A DNA stretch of 64,000 nucleotides, from positions 183,088,001 through 183,152,000 of the forward strand of contig NC_086097.1 in assembly GCF_963921235.1 (NCBI RefSeq). The letters run 5' to 3'. The DNA comes from Mobula hypostoma. Its lineage: Eukaryota. Each line of letters begins with the position of its first letter. Positions within the stretch are counted from its first letter, which is position 1. Of this stretch, positions 13,961-26,969 are shown piece after piece. The notes beneath the pieces are model-generated. The model was not told the DNA's origin, made no database searches, and saw only the letters and a list, made by a program, of their open reading frames with translations. Made by a program: the position numbers and the translations under genes.

Positions 13961-15086
13961 GTACGTTGTGTTTTATGGTGCAGGTACTGGGTTAAGGATT
14001 TACCCTAGAGAAGATGCTGCTACAAATCATCAGCAAGGCTCTGTGTTTAGGGAGGGCCTGGTTCACAAATTTGTTTGAGGGGTGGTGGGGAGCAATAAAA
14101 GTTATTGCGTGTTGAGCAGTGGATGTTGTCTCTGTAGACTTTAGTGAAGCATTTAACAAGATAAACTTGTCTAAAAGATTAAATCTCATGGGGTATTTAT
14201 CCATAGGGTAATACAAGTGAGGAGCTGTTTTATTGCTTACTGTGAGGCCTAGCAGTGAATAAAAGGGCTGCAAGATATAGCAGAGCAGTCATTTTGAGAA
14301 GGGTTGTTCTGAGGTCAAAGTGCCACAGCTGAGGTCAGAACAGAGGATTTGGTGAATCATGGACTTTGGAGAAGAGAGCAAGCAGCAACAAGGTAAGATT
14401 TTTTAATTTGCTTTTCCTTTTCTTGATTCCACCAGTTCCTAGAGCAGCTTAGTTTTCTTGTTTTTGTTAACCTTACAGCATAGAAACAGGCCCATTGCTG
14501 GACTCATCCATGCTAAATGAGATGTCTAGCCACACAGATCCTATCCTCCTGCATTTGGCCCATGTCTCGCTGTACAAATGCATTTTAACCACAGTAATTT
14601 ACCCTCCTCTACCACCTCCTCATTCAATATACCGACCACCATCTGTGATACCTTCCACCACTCCTAACGAAACGTCTACTCTTGGTCTCAAACTTCTGGC
14701 AAGTGAGCTTAAACAGTTCCCAGCTGTACTAGCAAACCTGTGCACAGTAATGCTGGAAGTAATCCAGTTCAGGTTCACCCCATCCAGTTGTATTGGTCCC
14801 ACCTCCAGCAACCGTCCTAGTCATCCGGAAATGTAAAATCCTCCATCCTGCACCCATCTGAACTGCCCTCCTTTTTCCAATACTCACTAGCACGTGGCTC
14901 TGAAATAATCAGAGGATTATTACCCCAGAGAACATGTGCTTTTAAACTTCATCTGAGATCCCTGAGTTATGGTGCGTGACCTCGTGTTTCTTCTTACCCA
15001 TATTGTTAGCAGCATTAGGGACCACTAGAACTTTACTGTCCCCTTTTACAATGGTGTTTCACCTTTTTCGTTGCTTGCTTTTGCAG

Positions 15087-15280
15087 TGCCTGTCTGAATG
15101 GGACATTTGACTGCAGTGATTCACACTGTGCAGAGCAAAGCTCCTGGTCCGTGTGGAGCCAATGTTCGAGGAGTTGTGGAGGAGGTCAGCGGATTCGCAG
15201 TCGCACATGTGGAAGGCCAGGCACATCTTGCAAGGGAGGAACTGTTCAGATGGCAGAGTGCAACCAGATGCCCTGTCAAG
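15087..15280 (+). CDS. SSPO: SCO-spondin exon with last TSP1 repeat: (C)ACLNGTFDCSDSHCAEQSSWSVWSQCSRSCGGGQRIRSRTCGRPGTSCKGGTVQMAECNQMPCQ(G)
   Basis: Acceptor TTTTGCAG|, donor AAG|GTGAGG; phase 2-1; canonical WSxWSxCSRSCG TSR motif. Confidence 0.95.
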
Positions 15281-17329
15281 GTGAGGGGTTAGATTAGAAG
15301 CAGTGGCAGAGAATCACTGATGACCACCAGGGAAGGTAGTAGGCAAAGGCAGGTAGTGTAGGAGTACCCAATGCCCATCCAACTCGCAGATATGCAATAT
15401 TGGGTACCACTGGGATAATGGTCTCTCAGTCTTTCACTGCATTCATTTATCATCTCACCCATTTATTGTGTTTCCATGTATATAGATCACCACACTGATC
15501 CTGAGGGAGAGCTTATCTTTCCCTAACTACTCCTTTGCTCTTAATATATTTTTTAAATTGCTTAAGATACTCATTTACTGTATCTTGTCTGCCAGGGATA
15601 TTTCAAGGCTCCTCTTGGCCCTCCTTATTTCCTCCTCATGTGTATTACTACATCCCTTTTACTTCTCAAGTGACTCACTTGATCTCAACTGCCTTTTCCC
15701 GACTAGACCCTTAATATCCCTCATCAACCAAGGCGTCCTAATTGTGCCCACATTAACAGGCACTTTCTGACTCAATTCTAAAAGCCTCCAACTTGCCAGA
15801 TATTCCTTTTCCTGCAAACAGCCTCTCCCAATCAATTTTTGTAAGTTCCTGTCTGATACAATTAAAGTTAATCTTCCCCCAGTTTAAGACTTCAACTAGA
15901 AGACCAGTTCTATCTTTTTTCATAACCATCTTGAAGCCAATAGAATTAATGCCACTGGCTGCAAAGTGCTCCCCACTAACACTTCAGCCTCATTTCCTAA
16001 GAGATCAAGTGTAGCCTTTTCTCTAATAAGATCATCTCCATATTGCTTCCATACAGTAATGGTCAACATTGTCTTAGAAGTCTCTTCAAATGATGCCGTA
16101 TGAGTAGACTTTTGGAATATCCTTGGGATTCTCCTGAAAGCTTCCCAGCAATCTGCAAAGATTAAGGAGCAGATATATAAGCAAATTGATGTGGTTCACA
16201 TATACTTCAGTTTTTTGCCGTCCTTCACCTCTTGTTCTTGATTAAGACCACAACATTTAACAGTGTATATAGAGATGCCAATCTGGGCTCAAAAGATCCT
16301 TTTACAAGAGTGTAGGGGTGCCACAGCATTGGTGGCTCTTGATTTTCTAGATCCACTTTTCCTTTTTGTGTCTCTCATTCTAGCTTCCTCCTATAAGTGA
16401 GCAGCACTTATTATGCAGGTTTGGGAACGGTATGCAGGGCTGTTGTCAGGATGGGACTAGGCTGACTAATAGGCATGGACTAAATGGGCCGCAGGGCCTG
16501 TTTCTGTGCTGTAGTGTTCTATTACTCTAAATGTTGAACTTGTTTCAAAATGTTTCTGGCAGCTCATTCTATATATACATCACCCTCTGTGTAAAGAGCT
16601 TTACCCCTCAAGTCTCTTTCAAACCTTCCACTTCTTACCTTAAATATATGCCCTCAAGTTTTTGATTTTCTTTCCTATAAAAAGGCTGTGAGCATTCACC
16701 CTATCTAATACCACTCATGATTTTATTCAGCTCTCGAAAGGCACCTGACTGTCTTCTATGCTCCAATTGTAGTTGCAGCATAACTTGACCAGCTGAGGGT
16801 TCTGATGAAGGGTTTCGGCCCCAAACGTCGACTGTTTACTCTTTTTCCATAGGTGCTGCCTGGCCTGCTGCATTCCTCCGGCATTTTGTGTGTGTTGCAG
16901 CCGATCTGACCTACTCTGCATGGTCTTTCACTCCAGGCAGGATTGACAATGACCTGAATATTCCATTTTCATGCTGTGACATATGATTCTGTGTAGGAAT
17001 CTGGAATGGGAATCAGATTCAAAAGCCTGGCAGCATTCCATAGCTGACTTTATTCAGAGAAAGAAATGTGGACATCAAAGGGGGATAGTAAGTTTAGCAT
17101 ATGCCACAGTCTTAGTTTATGTTAGAACTGCCTGTTGCACTGAATGAACTATTGCTGCTAATGTTTCTAAAAACATATTTTGCCAATTAACTCCACAAAT
17201 GTTAAAAGAACTGGAACAGACACTGTGGTCTGAATGACCTCCTATGTTGTGCCAATCTTTGTTTGTCCTACAATAATTTATGATGGCTTTGTTGTAGTAA
17301 TGGTTTGCTTTTCATGTGCAATTTCCCAG

Positions 17330-17457
17330 GCTGTCCAGGGAACCAGGTCTTTAGCAGTTGTGCCAACATCTGTCCACGTACTTGCTCAGATCTTCGACCT
17401 GATGTGGAATGTCAGCAAGAGGACTGCAAAGCTGGTTGCCTGTGCCCACGTGGACAA
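17330..17457 (+). CDS. SSPO: SCO-spondin exon, TIL domain: (G)CPGNQVFSSCANICPRTCSDLRPDVECQQEDCKAGCLCPRGQ
   Basis: Acceptor TTTCCCAG|, donor CAA|GTGAGT; phase 1-0. Confidence 0.94.
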
Positions 17458-19107
17458 GTGAGTTGAGTTGGCTCATCCTGTTACCTCCTAGACACGGGTC
17501 TAGTTCTGTCCCATATGGACTGATGAGAATTCCGAGGAATCCCTTACATTAATGGTAGGGAGATTTAAGGGTTCTAAGATCTGGATAGCCAGAGTCTGTT
17601 TAGGAGGAGACAGCACAACTTTGTGTGGAAAATTGTACTTTTTTCAGGAGGTAACAAAAAGGGTCATTGAGGGTGAGACAGTGTACGGCATCCATTTGGA
17701 CCTTAACAAGGCCTTCAGCAGGGTCTCGTATGGTAGGCTGTTCTGGAATGTTAGGTCCCATGGAATTCACGAAGAGATAGTTTGGTGGATTCAGAATTGA
17801 CCCAGAGGTAGGAAGCAGCGGGGGGTGGTTGAAGGTTGTTTCCCAGAATGGAAACCACTGACTAGTGGTGTGCCACAGCAGCCACTGTTAAGACCCTTAT
17901 TATTTGTTATTTATGCACTTTGGGAGGACCAAGTGGGGTAGGACATCCATAGTGTACAGCAAACACCTTTTCTCTAGGGCGGTAATATGAGGGGTCATAA
18001 TTTCAAGGTGATTGGAGGGAAGTATAGGGGGGAATGTCAGAGGTAGGTTTTTATTATACAGAATGGTGGGGGCGTGTAACGCACATTGATATAAGGGTTT
18101 AAGTGTAGCAGATATATTAGGGACATTTAAGAGACTCTGAGATAATCACATGGATGAAAGAAAAATTGAGGGCTATGTGGGAGCAAGAGTTTAGGTTGAT
18201 CTTAAATCGGTTAAAAGGTCGGCACGACATTGTGGGCTGAAAGGTATGTTGTACAGAATAGAACAGTACTGTACTGTTCGAAATCTGTTCTTATAGAGGT
18301 GTACAAGATCATCAGGCTTCAGCAGAAGATTAATGTGCAGTGCCTTTTTCTCAGGTAGGGGAACTAAGAATTAGATGTCAGCGTTTATGGTGGTGCAGTG
18401 GATGGTGCATATTTGGAACGACTACCAAAGGAGGTGGTTGAGGCAGGCATAATAATAACATTTAAAAGACATTTAGATAAATACACTGATATGAGCATTT
18501 AGAGGGATAAGGGCCAAATACCGACGGATGGATGAGCTTAGTGGGTATCATGGGCAGCCAAAGGACCTGTTACCATGTTGTCTCAGTCTCTGACTCTATG
18601 ATGAATGACTGAGGAGTCAGTGAGAAAGCTCTTTTGAACTGGTGACCATTTTTTTTTTAGTTTTAAAATTGCTATGGAAAAGGACCGAGCTGTCATGCAA
18701 GTTCATTCTAATTTGGGGCAAGGCAAATTTTGACAGCACTGGAAAGGAACTTGCAAAACTTGATTGGAGCAGGTTGTTTGCAGACAAAGTGATAACAAGG
18801 AAGTGAGTGATTTTTTAAAAGTGAGACAATGAGAGTTTAAGGTCTCCATGTTGCTATTAGACTGAAGAGCAAGGCTGACAGGAGTATTCTGACAAGAGTT
18901 ATTGAGGAACTGACCAGGGAAAGGGAGGAGGCAGGGGTCAGGCAGGAGGCAGGCAGCAGGGATCAAGAAAATCCCTGGAAAGAGAATAGGTGATGTAAGT
19001 GTATACATAAAAAGAAAATCAGGAAGGCAAAAAAGGGTCAAGAGTTATCTTTGGCAGAGAAGATAAATGAGAATCCAAATAAGATTTTCTAATTAATATT
19101 AAGGAAT

Positions 19108-22100
19108 AAACATAGAAAACATAGAAAATAGGTGCAGGATTAGGCCATTCGGCCCTTCGAGCCTGCACCGCCATTCAGTATGATCATGGCTGATCATCCA
19201 ACTCAGAACCCTGTACCAGCCTTCCCTCCATACCCCCTGATCCCTTTAGCCACAAGGGCCATATCTAACTCCCTCTTAAATATAGCCAATGAACTGGCCT
19301 CAACTGTTTCCTGTGGCAGAGAATTCCACAGATTCACCACTCTCTGTGTGAAGAAGTTTTTCGTCATCTCGATCCTAAAAGGCTTCCCCTTTATCCTCAA
19401 ACTGTGACCCCTCGTTCTGGACTTCCCCAACATCGGGAACAATCATCCTGCATCTAGCCTGTCCAATCCCTTTAGGATTTTATATGTTTCAATAAGATCC
19501 CCCCTCAATCTTCTAAATTTCAATGAGTATAAGCCTAGTCGATCCAGTCTTTCATCATATGAAAGTCCTGCCATCCCAGGAATCAATCTGGTGAACTTTC
19601 TTTGCACTCCCTCTATGGTAAGGATATCTTTCCTCAGATTAGGGGACCAAAACTGCACACAATACTCCAGATGTGGTCTCACCAAGGCCTTGTACAACTG
19701 CAGTAGTACCTCCCTGCTCCTGTACTTGAACCCTCTTGCTATAAATGCCAGCATACCATTCACCTTTTTCACCGCCTGCTGTATCTGCATGCCCACTTTC
19801 AATGACTGGTGTACAATGACACCCAGGTCTCGTTGTACCTCCCCTTTTCCTAATCGGCCACCATTCAAATAATAATCTGTTTTCCTGTTTTTGCCACCAA
19901 AGTGGATAACCTCATATTTATCCACATTAAATTGCATCTGCCATGAATTTGCCCACTCACCTAACCTATCCAAGTCACTCTGCATCCTCTTAGCATCCTC
20001 CTCACAGCTAACACTGCCGCCCAGCTTTGTGTCATCTGCAAACCTGGAGATGCTGCATTTAATTCCCTCATCTAAGTCATTAATATATATTGTAAACAAC
20101 TGGGGTCCCAGCACTGAGCCTTGCGGTACCCCACTAGTCACTGCCTGCCATTCTGAAAAGGTCCCGTTTATTCCCACTCTTTGCTTCCTGTCAGCCAACC
20201 AATTCTCTATCCACATCAATACCTTACCCCCAATACCGTGTGCTTTAAGTTTGCACACTAATCTCCTGTGTGGGACCTTGTCAAAAGCCTTTTGAAAATC
20301 CAAATATACCACATCCACTGGTTCTCCCCATCCACTCTACTAGTTACATCCTCAAAAAATTCTATGAGATTCGTTAGACATGATTTTCCTTTCACAAATC
20401 CATGCTGACTTTGTCCTATGATTTCTCTGCTTTCCAAATGTGCTGTTATCACATCTTTGATAACCGACTTTAGCATTTTCCCCACCACCGATGTTAGGCT
20501 AACCGGTCTATAATTCCCCGGTTCCTCTCTCCCTCCTTTTTTAAAAAGTGGGGTTACATTAGCCACCCTTCAATCCTCAGGAACTAGTCCAGAATCTAAA
20601 GGGTTTTGAAAAATTATCACTAATGCATCCACTATTTCTTGGCCACTTCCTTAAGCACTCTGGGATGCAGACCATCTGGCCCTGGGGATTTATCTGCCTT
20701 TAATCCCTTCAATTTACCTAACACCACTTCCCTACTAACATGTATTTCCCTCAGTTCCTCCATCTCACTAGACCCTCTGTCCCCTACTATTTCCGGAAGA
20801 TTATTTATGTCCTCCTTAGTGAAGACAGAACCAAAGTAGTTATTCAATTGGTCTGCCATGTCCTTGTTCCCCATAATCAATTCACCCGTTTCTGTCTGTA
20901 GGGGACCTACATTTGTCTTAACCGATCTTTTTCTTTTCACATATCTATAAAAGTTTTTACAGTCAGCTTTTATGTTCCCTGCCAGTTTTCTCTCATAATC
21001 TTTTTTCCCTTTCCTAATTAAGCCCTTTGTCCTCCTCTTCTGGACTCTGAATTTCTCCCAGTCCTCAGGTGAGCTGCTTTTTCTGGCTAATTTGTATGCT
21101 TCTTCTTTGGAATTGATACTATCCCTAATTTCCCTTGTCAGCCACGGGTGCACTACCTTCCCTGATTTATTCTTTTGCCAAACTGGGATGAACAATTGTT
21201 GTAGTTCATCCATGCGATCTTTAAATGCTTGCCATTGCATATCCACTGTCAACCCTTTAAGTATCATTTGCCAGTCTATCTTACCTAATTCACTTCTCAT
21301 ACCTTCAAAGTTACCCTTCTTTAAATTCAGAACCTTTGTTTCTGAATTAACTATGTCACTCTCCATTTTAATAAAGAATTTCACCATATTATGGTCACTC
21401 TTACCCAAGGGGCCTCTCACGACAAGATTGCTAATTAGCCCTTCCTCATTGCTCAATACCCAGTCTAGACTAGCCTGCTCTCTAGTTGGTTCCTCCACAT
21501 GCTGGTTCAAAAAACCATCCCGCATACATTCCAAGAAATCCTCTTCCTCAGCACCCTTACCAATTTGGTTCACCCAATCTATATGTAGATTGAAGTCACC
21601 CATTATAACTGCTGTTCCTTTATTGCACACATTTCTAATTTCCTGTTTAATGCCATCCCCAACCTCACTACTACTGTTAGGTGGCCTGTACACAATTCCT
21701 ACCAGCGTTTTCTGCCCCTTAGTGTTATGCAGCTCTACCCATATCAATTCCACATCCTCCCGGCTAATGTCCTTCCTTTCTATTGCGTTAATCTCCTCTC
21801 TAACCAGCAATGCTACCCCGCCTCCTTTTCTTTCATGTCTATCCCTCCTGAATGTTGAGCTCCCATCCTTGGTCACCCTGGAGCCATGTCTCTGTGATCC
21901 CAACTATATCATATTCATTAATAACAATCTGCACATTCAATTCATCCACCTTCTTACAAATGCTTCTTGCATTGACACACAGAGCCTTCAGGCTCGCTTT
22001 TACAACACTCTTAGCCCTTATACAATTATGTTGAAAAGTGGCCCTTTTTGATTTTTGCCCTGGATTTGCCGGCCTGCCACTTTTACTTTTCACCTTGTTA

Positions 22101-22133
22101 CTTTTTGCTTCTACCCTCATTTTACACCCCTCT
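19108..22133 (-). mobile_element. Young CR1 LINE covering nearly all of ORF2 (APE+RT), about 3 frameshifts and 1 stop; inserted in an older + strand CR1
   Basis: [54 protein letters not shown]; 3' tail (CTATGTTT)n. Confidence 0.92.
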
Positions 22134-23089
22134 TGTAAGAGTAACTAGGAACAAATTAGAGGCCCTCAGAGACCACGGTGTACATCTATATGTGGAATCA
22201 TGGGAGGTGGGTGAGATCCTCAGTAGATATTTCTCCTCTGTTGCTGTGGAGAAAGACAAGGGAACTCTGGAAATTTAATGGGGATGTCTTGAGAATAGTC
22301 CATTGACAGCAGAGGACATGCTGAGTATCTTAAAACATATGGATGAAGGGACTAATAGCATTGTGGCCAAGTCTGCAGATGATACTAATCCAGGTAGTGT
22401 CACAGAGGCAGAGTGTGTCCAGAAGGACTTAGAAAGTTTGGGAGAGTGGATGAAGAAGTGGCTGTGCAATTGCAGCTAGGGAAGTGTGGGGCATTGTATG
22501 TGGGAAGGAAGAATAAAAATGTAAACTATTTCCTCAATGGGGAGAATATTTTAAAATCATCGGTCCAAAGGGGCTTGGGAGTCCTTGGTCAAGCTTCCCT
22601 CAAGATTAACTTACAGGTTGAGTTGGTAGTAAGGAGGGCAAATGCAATGTTGAGAGGACTAGAATATAAAAGCAAGGGTGTACGGCTGAGGCATTATAAA
22701 GCATTGGTCAGACAGCGTCTGGAATATTGTCAGTAGTTTTCTAAGGAAGGTGGTGCTGTCCCTGGAGAAAGTCCAGATCAGGTTCACAAGAATGGTCCCT
22801 GGGCTTACGTTTGATGGGATTTCATTGAAGCTATAGGACAGCAAAAGGCCTAGATCAAATGCACATGGATAGATTATTTCCATTAGTAGGAGAGTCTTAG
22901 TTCCAAGGTCACAGACTCAAAATAAAGGGATATGTCTTTAAAACTGAGATGAATTATTTCTTCAGACAGAGGATGGTGAATCTGTGGAATTTGTTGCAAC
23001 AGAGAGCTGAGGAGATCAAATTATTGAGTGTATTTAAGACACAAGTTGATAGGTTCCTGATTGGTTAAAGGGGTTAAGGACTATGGGAA

Positions 23090-23834
23090 AACAAAGAACA
23101 AATTAGAGAACTATCAATACTACAACGGTACTATAAAACTGTATTAGTTCCTAACAGTTATCAATAGATCCAGTGTATGCTGCTACGTTCTTTTGATTAA
23201 CTGTAAATGAACAAAATCAGCAGACACCTAGTGTAGATAATGGACTGCCTTGATATAATTTTCGACAACTGCGTCCACTAAACCTTCATTTTCACCATAA
23301 CATTCAAGATGATTAGAAACATGGGTAACCTACAGCACAATACAGGTCCTTCGGCCCACAATGCTGTGTCGAACATGGTTGTTGGTAGCTTCAATTTCTT
23401 TGTAGTTTCTAATTTGTTGAAGTAGTGATATCATTTCATTTTCACTCCCGGCCATTCCTGGAATCCCAAGCCTGAATACTTGAAACCGCAGTGAGCAAAA
23501 TAGTTCTGAATTATCTTACTGCTTACTTTTTGCCAACTGTCACACATATTCGGGGAGAAGTCACTGCTTTTTGACCACAAGCATACAAAGCTGACACTAT
23601 TTAAAAACTGCTTGTTCTAAGCACGGTGTAGTGCCTAACGGCCACACAAGTGCATGCATCTAATGCTAGGTTGAAACACTCCAGTAACAGCCTCCTGTCC
23701 TAATTAAATGCTTGGTGTGCCATATAAATGGGGGAATCCTAGCTATTTTCTCAATTTGTTTTTTTGTTTTTTTTTAAAAAAGTGTTGTCCCAAATAAGCA
23801 GATGCCCCAATTAACCAATGACTGGAATCCCCTG
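23090..23834 (-). mobile_element. pogo/Tigger-like DNA transposon remnant, one terminus retained
   Basis: Terminus ...CCCCAATTAACC..GGAATCCCCTG|TA; minus-strand remnant ISSKIIQNYFAHCGFK resembles the Tigger transposase C-terminal motif. Confidence 0.6.
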
Positions 23835-24479
23835 TATTGTGTTGAAGGTTTTCTATGTTTCTATACTTTGCTTTGCATTTAAAAAAATTGTTTCTATTAG
23901 ATCTTGCTCCCTCACCTTAAACCTGTGCTATCTAGTTCCTGTTTTCTCAACCATGGGGAAAAAGACTGAGTGCATTCACCCTATCTATGCTCCCTGTCAT
24001 GTTATACACTTTAATGAAATCACCTCTCAGTCTCCTATACACCAAGAAAAATCTCCTAACCCGTCCAACCCCTACCTATAACATGGTTCCTCAAGTTCTG
24101 AAAAGATCCTTGTAAATCTTTTCTGCACTATTTCCAGTTTAATAACATCTTTCCTGTATTAGGGTGACTGAAACTGAGCACCATATTCCAAGGGCAGCCT
24201 CACCAGCATCCTGCACAACCACACAGTGACCTTCCGACTTTTATACTCAATAACCTGACTGATGAAGCCCAGTGCACCAAAAGCTTTTTTCACCACTCTG
24301 CCCACCTGAGACTCCACTTTCAGGGAACCATATGCATGAATGCCAAGATCCATCTGGACCAATGGTATCGGGACTGTTTCAGCTCTTTGCCCAAAGTTAT
24401 TCTCCAGATACATAGAATTCTTATTTGCATTTCTATATTAGCTTCAACTTTTCCTCTGACATCAATTATTGTTATTCAG

Positions 24480-24616
24480 CTCCTGCAGGATGGATTTTGT
24501 GTGTCTCTCGAAGATTGTCATTGTTCTGTACCGAGCTCACTAACGCCATGGTTTGGTAACGTTTCACACATCGATTACCCACCAGGAGCAGTGATCCATC
24601 ATCGGTGCAGTGTGTG
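24480..24616 (+). CDS. SSPO: SCO-spondin exon: LLQDGFCVSLEDCHCSVPSSLTPWFGNVSHIDYPPGAVIHHRCSV(C)
   Basis: Acceptor TTATTCAG|, donor GTG|GTGAGT; phase 0-2; parallels exon 13822-13960 (LLQDxxCV..C.C...Y.PG). Confidence 0.92.
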
Positions 24617-24759
24617 GTGAGTATGGCCAGAGACGTCACCTCAGCGAAAACAACCAGAACAGTTCTGACAAATCACAGTTTCCAGTTTAAGAGAACCTGC
24701 TCCACCCTATACCCGCTGCAGTTGCTGACCTTGTCTGGCTGAAAGAGAATGTCCTGGAG

Positions 24760-26620
24760 CTTTTGAAAGGTAGTAAGTTAGGTAAGTCGCTGGGACCAGA
24801 TGAGATACTGTATACCCCGGGCTACTGTGGGAAGCAAGGGAGGAGATTGCTGAGCCTCTTGCAATGATCTTTGCATCATCAATAGGGACGGGAGAAGTAC
24901 CAGAGGATTGGAAGGTTGCAAATGTTGTTCCCTTGTTCAAGAAAGGAAGTAGAGAATTATAGACCATAGAAACATAGAAAATAGGTGCAGGAGTAGGCCA
25001 TTTGGCCCTTCGAGCCTGCACCGCCATTCAGTATGATCATGGCTGATCATCCAGCTCAGAACCCTGTACCAGCCTTCCCTCCATACCCCCTGATCCCTTT
25101 AGCCACAAGGGCCATGTCTAACTCCCTCTTAAATATAGCCAATGAGCTGGCCTCAACTGTTTCCTGTGGCAGAGAATTCCACAGATTCACCACTCTCTGT
25201 GTGAAGAAGTTTTTCCTCATCTCGGTCCTAAAAGGCACCCCCTTTATCCTCAAACTGTGACCAGTGAGTCTTACTTCAGTGATGGACAAGTTGTTGAAGA
25301 TCCTGAGAGGCCAAATTTATGAGGATTTGGAGAGACATAATCAGATTAGGGTTGATCAGCATAGCTTTATTAAGGGCAGGCCATGACTTATGAACCTGAT
25401 TGAATCCTTTGAGGAAGTAACAAAATACATTGATGATGGTAGGGCAGTGATGTAGTGTATATGGATTTCAGTAAGGCATTTGATAAGGTTCCCCATATGA
25501 AGCTCATTCAAAAAGTAATGAGACATGGGATCCAAGGAGACTTTACTTTGTGGATCTAGAATTGGCTTGACCACAGAAGGCAAAAGGTGGTTGTAAATGG
25601 GTCATATTCTGCATGGAGGTCGGTGACCAGTGGTGTGCCTCAGGGATCTGTTCTGGGACCCGTCCTCTTTGTGATTTTTATAAATGACCTGGATGAGGAC
25701 GTAGAAGGGTGGGTTAGTAAGTTTGCTGATGATACAAAAGTTGGGGGTGTTGTGGATAGTTTGGAGGGTTGTCAGAGGTTACTGGGATATCGATAGGATG
25801 CAAAACTGGGCTGAGAAGTGGCAGATGGAGTTCAACCCAGATAAGAGTGAAGTAGTTCATTTTGGTAGGTCAAATTTGAAGATGGAATATAATACTAATG
25901 GTAAGATTCTTGGCAGTATGGAGGATCAGTGAGATCTTGGGGTCCATGTCCATAGGACACTCAAAGCTGCACAGGTTGACAGTGTTGTTAAGAAGACGTA
26001 TGGTGTGTTGACCTTTATCAATCGTGGGATTGAGTTCAAGAGCCATGAGGTAATGTTACAGCTATATATTAGACCCCACTTGGAGTACTGTGTTCTGTTC
26101 TGGTCACCTCATTACAGGAAGGATCTGGATGCTATAGAGAGAATGCAGAGAAGATTTGCCAGGATGTTGCTTGGATTGGGGAGCATGCCAAACGAGAATA
26201 GGTTGATTGAACTTGGCCTTTTCTCTTTGGAGTGACAGAGGATGCAAGGTGACCAGATGGAAGTGTATAAGTGATAAGAGGCATTGAATGTGTGGATAGC
26301 CAGATGCTTTTTTCCAGGGCTGAAATGGCTAACATGAGGGGGCATAGTTTTAAGGTGCTTGGAAGTACAAAGGGGATGTCAGAGGTAAGTTTTTCCACAC
26401 AGAGTAATGGGTGCGTGGAATACACTATCAATGAAGATGGTAGAGGCGGATACAATAGGGTCTTTTAAGAGACTCTTAGATAGGTACATGGAGCTTAGTA
26501 AATTAGAGAGCTGTGTAGTAGGGAAATTCTAGGCAGCTTCTAGAGTAGGTTATATGGTCAGCGCAACATTGTGGGCCAAAGGGCCTGTAATGTGCTGTAG
26601 ATTTCTATGTATTCTATCCC
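24760..26620 (+). mobile_element. CR1 LINE 3' portion (RT), interrupted by a younger CR1 tail
   Basis: [26 protein letters not shown]; tail TTCTATGTATTCTAT. Confidence 0.85.
24967..25258 (-). mobile_element. Short 5'-truncated copy of the 19108-22133 CR1 family
   Basis: Near-identical to about 19115-19410; flanked by GACCA (24962-24966 / 25259-25263). Confidence 0.9.
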
Positions 26621-26969
26621 GCCGTGCTGATTTAGCAATATGGTGTTGGTGAAACATGGTGATATGTAGCAGACAGCTTACAAAACTTCGAAATAAACTT
26701 CTAAACTATTCTTGCTGCAATCTGGAGCCTGTAATTTCCCTTTTGAGCTGTCTTAACAAACTAGCAATTTTATGATCTTCTAAAGAACGTGGCGAAATTA
26801 ACTCTCAAGCATGCAGGTCTGGCACCTCTAAGTGGATGAAGGTACATCACTGTGGCTGAAAGAGGAGGAGGAGTGAGGACTTCAAGCCAGACTTAAATAC
26901 CGGGGTATGAAACTTCCTGTACCCAGTATCTTTGAAAGCAGTTCTTGAAAGTGAGCACCTATGGACTCA

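Noticed and set aside
21092..22051. 319-aa + strand ORF
   Set aside because: Antisense shadow of CR1 ORF2 with no domain features of its own
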